Source of the DNA: Macrostomum lignano
Lineage: Eukaryota
Assembly: GCA_002269645.1 (NCBI GenBank)
Contig: NIVC01000795.1
Span: 210,870-274,869 of the forward strand
Direction of reading: 5' to 3'
DNA length: 64,000 nucleotides
Part shown: piece by piece, positions 32,731 to 64,000 of the stretch
Numbering within the stretch: the stretch's first letter is position 1
Layout: each line of letters opens with the position of its first letter
Program-made: the position numbers and the translations under genes
The notes under the pieces: generated by a model
The model's database searches: none
Seen by the model: only the letters and a program-made list of their open reading frames with translations
Told to the model about the DNA's origin: nothing

Positions 32731-33062
32731 GGGGGTTTTAGCCTAGTGGTTAGAGCGTCGGACTCAAGACTTGAAGGTCGGCGTTCGATTCCCGATCCCA
32801 CTGGAACAGTTTGTGTCCTTGAGCAAGACACTTAACTCTGCATTGCTTCAGCTCACCCAGCTGTAAAATGGGTGCCAGCATTAGCTGGGGTAATTGAGGG
32901 CGTGTGTGGCGACCCCCTCCCCCATTCCTTGGACTGAACAGCCGTACGCAGCCTTCAGATGCGCTGCGCAATAGCTGCGGCTGAGCTGTCGGTTGCACAT
33001 CTGGCCCAATTGGGGCAGGTGCAATCAGTTATTACTATTTTATATTATTGTTATTATTACTA
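32731..33062 (+). mobile_element. tRNA-derived CORE-like SINE, copy 2
   Basis: A/B boxes, CORE-like motif, (TTA)-type tail; TTTACTAAAGAC on both sides (32706-32717 and 33063-33074) resembles a TSD. Confidence 0.88.
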
Positions 33063-35327
33063 TTTACTAAAGACGTTACATACATAATACATAAATTGCT
33101 ATACAACAAAGTCGATTGCGGCGGGCATACTTCTAAGATTTGTTTATTTTCATCTAGAAGCTACTGAGCCCCTCAGTCAGGCTGCTCACCCTTCTGGACA
33201 AATTCATTTCATTTCTAAACGAGGCCAAACTCATAGACTAGCAAAGAAATTTCAAGTTGCATTATTTTAGATTCAACCATCGAAAAGCATTTCCTTCCTA
33301 TTATGAAAAAAAGACACAGAGAAGAATGCAAGAGAGACAAATCAGGCTCGCCCATTGCCCCCCCCCCCCTCCCAGCTATACTGCAACTTGACATTGTTGT
33401 GTTTGAGCTGCTTTTGAAATATTATTATTTGCAGCATTGTGCGGTCGGGGCTGGGCACAGTGGCCAAGCTTTGAGTCCCTCTTGGAGGAGGGGGCAGTTT
33501 GGAAGCGAGGGACGCCCCCCCCAGCCCCACACTTACTTTTCTGCACGCAAGTTCGAGTACAACAGCAGCTGACCTGTCTCCCCTCCCCAGCTCGAACCTA
33601 ACTGCTCACTGCATCACCCTCATCTGACAGAGGGGTGTGGGGGAGTTGCACATTCTTGTTAGAACAATGGAGAGCTCTGGCAGAAACCTGACAGCGCCAT
33701 AAAAGGTAATAAAAAAGGCCACCTGTAGGCCGCGAGGCATTTGCCAGAAGCATCAAAAGTTTTCAATTCAAAGCAGAGTGCACCGACTTTCGCCGAGATC
33801 TTCACCGTTGAATTGTGCCAGAAGTCGAGCGCAGCACTCGGTTGTTGCTATGGCAACCAACGGTGACACAGTGTGGCTGCCTACCGATTACCACGAGCGA
33901 CTAAAGGTGAGCGAGCAATGGAACTTAGGACAGGGAGGGAGGCGGTTGACAGGGCTGACTGTGCTGACTTCCCAAGTACCTCGCGCGTACATCTTGCAAC
34001 TTGCCCTGTCTCGGTAGTTGGTGAGGAAGTTCTACGAGTTGTTAACAAGTGTCGGATTTCTCCAACAAGGCAAGCAAACTTCAGGCGTGAGAATTCTCAG
34101 CGCGATGGTGTCGCACCTCTCTCTCCCTCTCTCTCTTCGGATTTCTGTTGCGCGCGTGTTGAGTGAGGTTTCTAAGCAAAAAGCATAGGCAAGAGTCTTA
34201 GTGAATTACTCAGACTGGTGTAGCACTTGGCTTAAGCAACGCAAAAGCATCAGCCTATTGGCGGTTTGCAAATTGGTCAGGTGAGGAGAATAAGTATAAA
34301 AAATTGCCGCACAGAATTAATTTTACATTATTCATTTATGCCCCTGAATTCTGTCGCTGAAATTCACTGCAAAGGTGCAGTTTGTACTCATGTGGGCGCA
34401 AACAATGAATTTATTATTGTAGCAAAAGAGTCCATCGCTTTGCCCCTACAAAATCGTGTGGGGGATGCCCCCACTGGGATGCCCCGCCGACACGTGTCTG
34501 CGGATCGCTTGTTAGTAAGTGCAAGCAGTGCCCACCCGCGGCTTCTTTTAGAGAGTAGAAAGAGTATCTAGCTGAGCTCATGAAGGCGCTTCAGCCACGA
34601 ACTCGGCAGAAGCAAACAACGCGACGCGGGAACAACTTATGAAGACGGTTTGAGTTTAGCGAAGGGCCCGCGAAAGACAATGAATGAACGAATGGATCGA
34701 GAGACAGGGGGGCCGATGGAATGCCAGCCCAGGTGGGGGTGCTTTGGGCGAATGGAGAGGCAAGCCAGAAAAGCCAGAAAAGCAATGCTCTCAGCACAAT
34801 TTACCAGTGGGGTGGGGTGGGGGGGAGAGAGACATTGTTTACGCGATTTCGCAGTCGAATAGCAAGAAAACTTGAAGCAATGGAATGAGAGAGGGGTGGG
34901 CAGAAGGAGAGCCGGGGATTGGAGAGTTTTGCACTATCAGAGCAGAGCCAAAGGTGGCCAGCAAATATCAGAGCCGGTGAGAGGTCGAACGAGCACCTGA
35001 AGCCGCCGGAGCTCTATAGGAGTGGCAGAGCCAGCGAAACTGCAGACGCAGAGAGCACTCGTCCACCCCTTCGCCCAAAGTCGCATAATAAATACTTTAA
35101 TGCCAAGCTGCCAAGCACTTGCTTCCATAATAAGCTGGAGTAAGAACTCAGATAAGCATTTTTATAATAGCTAGGATTTTGCTTGTGTATATGAGACTGT
35201 CAATGCGCTTTGCAGATAGCAAATAGTACAGCTGATTAAATAGGTTATCTTTGATGCTCCAAGCCTGTAAGCGGCTTTCCTTGAGATAATACTTAGTGAA
35301 GCCAATAGCAGAGTCGAGCAGTCAGCC

Positions 35328-59282
<23,955 letters not shown>

Positions 59283-59931
59283 GTGAGTCTGAGCCCTATC
59301 TGTAATCTAGAGTTCTTGCAGGCGGCAAATTTTTCAACTTTTACAGCTAGGCCAGTCTATTGATAAGGTCAAATATGAAGTATTTAAGAGGCACTCAAAA
59401 CTGCGACCAAGCCGACATTGTTTTATTGCCTCAAGCCACCCAACTCAAGCTTGAGATAAGCGGCCACTTGCCGACTCAGTAACATTTTCCACTGGCATTT
59501 CGACATTCACATGTTCACCGATTAGAAAATTTTTTATTGACCAGGCTTTGAATAACTCACGTTTTGTGCCGAGTTGGATGAACACTTTGAGTTAAAATGT
59601 TTAATTAAAAGCAGTAAAAATACTAACAGTGCTCACAAGTTCGCCACCCCCCTCACCCCGGAAAACAAAACAATCTAGGAAGTCAGCAGTGCTGTGTCAA
59701 AATTTTTATCGGATCTCTTCATCTAAGTGGTAAATTTAAAATTAATATGATTCTGCCAGCTTCTTAGCGCCAATTCTCCTAGTAGGTCTGCCTTTCGTGT
59801 TTGGTGTAGGACTGCATTTCTGTGATGCTCTGTGATGCGCTGCATTTGAATAACTGACTGACTTCAGTTCGCGAGTCTCATCGGGAAAAGGGGGAAGGAA
59901 AAAAGATTGAGAAAAAAAGGGATGAAGGTGA

Positions 59932-61394
59932 GAAGAGGAGATGGGAGAGTGTGAAAAGGTGGTGGAGAGTGTGAAGGGAAAAGGGAGAGTGAGAAGGGAA
60001 AAGGGAGAGTGAGAAGGGAAAAGGGAGAGTGTGAAGAGGTGGTGGGAGAGTGTGAAGGGAAAAGGGAGAGTGTGAAGGGAAAAGGGAGAGTGTGAAGAGG
60101 TGGTGGGAGAGTGAGAAGGGAAAAGGGAGAGTGTGAAGGGAAAAGGGAGAGTGAGAAGGGAAAAGGGAGAGTGTGAAGAGGTGGTGGGAGAGTGTGAAGG
60201 GAAAAGGGAGAGTGTGAAGAGGTGGTGGGAGAGTGTGAAGGGAAAAGGGAGAGTGTGAAGAGGTGATGGGAGAGTGAGAAGGGAAAAGGGAGAGTGAGAA
60301 GGGAAAAGGGAGAGTGAGAAGGGAAAAGGGAGAGTGAGAAGGGAAAAGGGAGAATGTGAAGGGAAAAGGGAGAGTGTGAAGGGAAAAGGGAGAGTGTGAA
60401 GAGGTGGTGGGAGAGTGTGAAGGGAAAAGGGAGAGTGTGAAGGGAAAAGGGAGAATGAGAAGGGAAAAGGGAGAGTGTGAAGAGGTGATGGGAGAGTGAG
60501 AAGGGAAAAGGGAGAGTGAGAAGGGAAAAGGGAGAGTGAGAAGGGAAAAGGGAGAGTGAGAAGGGAAAAGGGAGAATGTGAAGGGAAAAGGGAGAGTGTG
60601 AAGAGGTGATGGGAGAATGAGAAGGGAAAAGGGAGAGTGAGAAGGGAAAAGGGAGAATGTGAAGGGAAAAGGGAGAGTGTGAAGAGGTGATGGGAGAGTG
60701 TGAAGGGAAAAGGGAGAGTGAGAAGGGAAAAGGGAGAGTATGAAGAGGTGATGGGAGAGTGAGAAGGGAAAAGGGAGAGTGTGAAGAGGTGATGGGAGAG
60801 TGTGAAGGGAAAAGGGAGAGTGTGAAGAGGTGATGGGAGAGTGTGAAGAGGTGGTGGGAGAGTGTGAAGGGAAAAGGGAGAGTGTGAAGAGGTGATGGGA
60901 GAGTGAGAAGGGAAAAAGGAGAGTGTGAAGAGGTGATGGGAGAGTGAGAAGGGAAAAGGAGAGTGAGAAGGGAAAGGGAGAGTGAGAAGGGAAAAGGGAG
61001 AGTGTGAAGAGGTGGTGGGAGAGTGAGAAGGGAAAAGGGAGAGTGTGAAGAGGTGATGGGAGAGTGAGAAGGGAAAAGGGAGAGTGAGAAGGGAAAGGGA
61101 GAGTGAGAAGGGAAAAGGGAGAGTGTGAAGAGGTGATGGGAGAGTGAGAAGGGAAAAGGGAGAGTGAGAAGGGAAAGGGAGAGTGAGAAGGGAAAAGGGA
61201 GAGTGTGAAGAGGTGATGGAGAGTGAGAAGGGAAAAGGGAGAGTGTGAAGAGGTGATGGGAGAGTGAGAAGGGAAAAGGGAGAGTGTGAAGAGGTGGTGG
61301 GAGAGTGAGAAGGGAAAAGGGAGAGTGTGAAGAGGTGATGGGAGAGTGAGAAGGGAAAAGGGAGAGTGCGAAGAGGTGGTGGGAGAGTGAGAAG
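59932..61394. repeat. Purine-rich 20/21-bp compound minisatellite (GAGAGTGTGAAGGGAAAAGG / GAGAGTGTGAAGAGGTGATGG)
   Basis: About 1.45 kb with almost no C on the plus strand. Confidence 0.95.
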
Positions 61395-63423
61395 AAGGTA
61401 GGCAGTGTGATGACTAACCATGCAGAGTAAAATCCGTAGAGCGCCGTAGACGCACAGGCTGCTGGCAGTAGTAGGCTTATCTTAGATTTTCTTATTAACC
61501 TTAGCTGCTCAGATGCTTGAACCCCAATGCTCCCAATGCTCACATTAGATGTGACTCACCTAAAATGTACTTTAATATGCAAGTAAACTCAATTGAGATG
61601 CTTCCCAACAGCAATAATGCTTTGCATGAACTAAACTTGATAACAATTCAACCTTCGCCACCAAATTAAGCACAAGCAGCTGCATGGTCAGTTGATGAGG
61701 AATAAATAATTGGCTGGTTCTACAAGATGAAGGTAAAAGAGCGACCAGTGATCCGTTGTTATCAGAAACGATTTATCGATTTCAGACATGCATAAAATAC
61801 TGCACCTGAGAAATATATCACATTCTGCACCGCTAGCCAGTGTGACAGGTTCTGTCAATCATTTTCTACTTTCATTTATTGTTTCTGCACTACGAGTAGG
61901 AGGTATAATCTGTGTATTGGGACATGCAGCAAGTGTCAGGGTACTACAGAATCGGGTTGTCAGAGGGGGCGCTAAATGCGTGCGCTACCTACGCGAATGG
62001 CTACTAATGCGTTTATTTGCACTTTATTGTTTTTATGTACAATGTATCTCACTACACTAGCTTATACAGTTATAAAATAATAGACTGGTAATCAAAATTT
62101 CAGGCTACCTCGGGTTGCAGCATCACCTAAACGCTGCCAAAACTGCAGACTGCTCTGCTGTTCTCAACTTGCAACTGATCGACTCAAAAATACTTCAACT
62201 GATTGAAAAATACTTTGCTCAGCTTTTTGTGTTACCCTGTTTGAGTCTCATCTCTCCCTAGCTTATCCGCTCGTATTCGTAATATTCGCATTTACTAAAA
62301 ATTAACTTGTTATTGTATTATTATTATTATTATAATTTAGCTTACTAGCAGTCACAGTAAAATTTGCCTTGACACCGAAGCTGCGGCGTAGAAATCACGG
62401 TATGCGAATATTAAGCAAGATCAGACGCTTTCAAGCTACTTTTAAAAGTAGTAGTATAATGAAGAAGCTCCAAGTCCTGCCTGCAGCTTCTGTGTCGTGT
62501 CCGCAAGTGCGTATTATCGGAACCCAATGATCCCGCCTGTTGTCATCTTGAATATTTCTATTTTATTAGTTATTCAAAGTCATTGCTGACTACTCGCGGA
62601 ACAGTAAGTAAGTAGTATTACGAGCGTACACTCAGATTCAGTGATTTTGTCTTGCTTAACCTTAAATTGTCATTTGAATCGCGCTGATAAATTTACAATA
62701 ATTCCCAATTTTCGTGCCGCCTCCCCGTCTCCCATCTGCGGAATCCCCAAACCAACCCGAGTCAGCGAACTGGTGATTGAATAATGCGAAAATAAACAAA
62801 CTTACATAGTAAGGCTTATTGCTGTCAACTCACCCCCTGCATTATTAGCATTGTTTACCAGAAATTTATCAAATTAACGAAAATCACAGCTTCTGATTAC
62901 CTGATTTTTAATTCGCCTCAGTTGTCATGGCAACATTTGGTCTATTTAACTTGCACATTACAAATCAAGGTTAATTAATACAGGAATGCGAAATTGCAAT
63001 AGAATTTAAATAGAGCACCATGCCATTGAAAGCGGATCATACTACTAACTGAGTAGCAGTAGAAACATTAGCAAATAGTCAGTACAAATATGGACAACTA
63101 TTATAGGTACAGCAAAATTTTGTTAAAATAGTAAAAATGACGCAAAATGCCGCACAGCTGCACAGAAAAGCCGCCCTCAAAGCAGACAGAAGCAACAAAC
63201 TTAACTTTAAAAAAAGTATATCAATATTAAAAAGCCGCAATACGACTCGCAAAGTGCCAACAAGGACGGAACAATTTATGGCTAACATTAACTAGCATAG
63301 AAGCAAAAATTGTAACAACAATAATTAAGGAATACCGCAGACTGTCCGTCACAGAAACTTGCGAAATGAATGATCACAAACAGCTGTGAAAGATGTGAAA
63401 TTCGCAGAAGCTAAGAAAGCCAT

Positions 63424-64000
63424 TAGGGAATATCTCACGCATAAATGGAAGCTACTAGGAAATCTCACCCATAAATGGAACTACTAGGAAATCTCACCCA
63501 TAAATGGATACTATAGGAAATCTCACCCATAAATGGAAACTACTAGGAAATCTCAACCATAAATGGAAACTACTAGGAAATCTCACCCATAAATGGAAAC
63601 TACTAGGAAATCTCACCATAAATGGAAGCTACTAGGAAATCTCACCCATAAATGGAAACTACTAGGAAATCTCACCCATAAATGGAAACTACTAGGAAAT
63701 CTCACCATAAATGGAAACTACTAGGAAATCTCAACCATAAATGGAAGCTACTAGGAAATCTCATCCATAATGGAAGCTACTAGGAAATCTCACCATAAAT
63801 GGAAGTTTCTAGGAAATCTCACCATAAATGGAAGCTACTAGGAAATCTCACCCATAAATGGAAGCTACTAGGAAATCTCACCCATAAATGGAAGCTACTA
63901 GGAAATCTCACCAAAATGGAAGCTACTAGGAAATCTCACCCATAAATGGAAACTACTAGGAAATCTCACCCATAAATGGAAACTACTAGGAAATCTCACC
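63424..64000. repeat. ~30-bp tandem repeat (CTACTAGGAAATCTCACCCATAAATGGAAG), runs off the window end
   Basis: About 19 visible units. Confidence 0.95.

Noticed and set aside
59742-61543. Two 559-aa minus-strand S/L/F/P/H-rich ORFs
   Set aside because: Produced by the purine-rich minisatellite; no independent coding evidence.
61400-63420. Short hydrophobic ORFs (61420-61543, 61788-62060, 63079-63288) as exons
   Set aside because: No convincing splice pair or domain; the continuation of the giant gene could not be identified.

Overview
Eukaryotic (animal, probably invertebrate) genomic DNA with GC-rich exons, AT-rich intergenic DNA and many tandem repeats; a flatworm such as Macrostomum is a guess, not a result. 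Left to right: (1) a near-complete Ty3/Gypsy LTR retrotransposon on the minus strand (5' LTR, tRNA-Leu PBS, gag, -1 frameshift into pol, and an extra non-env third ORF; the 3' LTR lies outside the window); (2) four exons of a PAS-domain gene (minus); (3) SINEs and several MITEs; (4) a tandemly duplicated TRP-channel locus. Copy 1 has N-terminal ankyrin repeats joined to a TRPM-like channel and one frameshift. Copy 2 is a doubly deleted pseudogene with its own MITE and a mariner insertion; (5) a two-exon low-complexity gene (minus); (6) a giant plus-strand gene of at least 14 exons (35328 to beyond 59282). All 13 modelled GT-AG junctions are phase-consistent and give at least 6,047 codons: a galectin-like domain, a 13.8-kb exon of AHNAK-like repeats, an acidic 10-aa repeat, a polyQ region, then four more galectin-like domains. 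The giant gene is the strongest candidate for an undescribed system. All calls were made by eye, without database searches.
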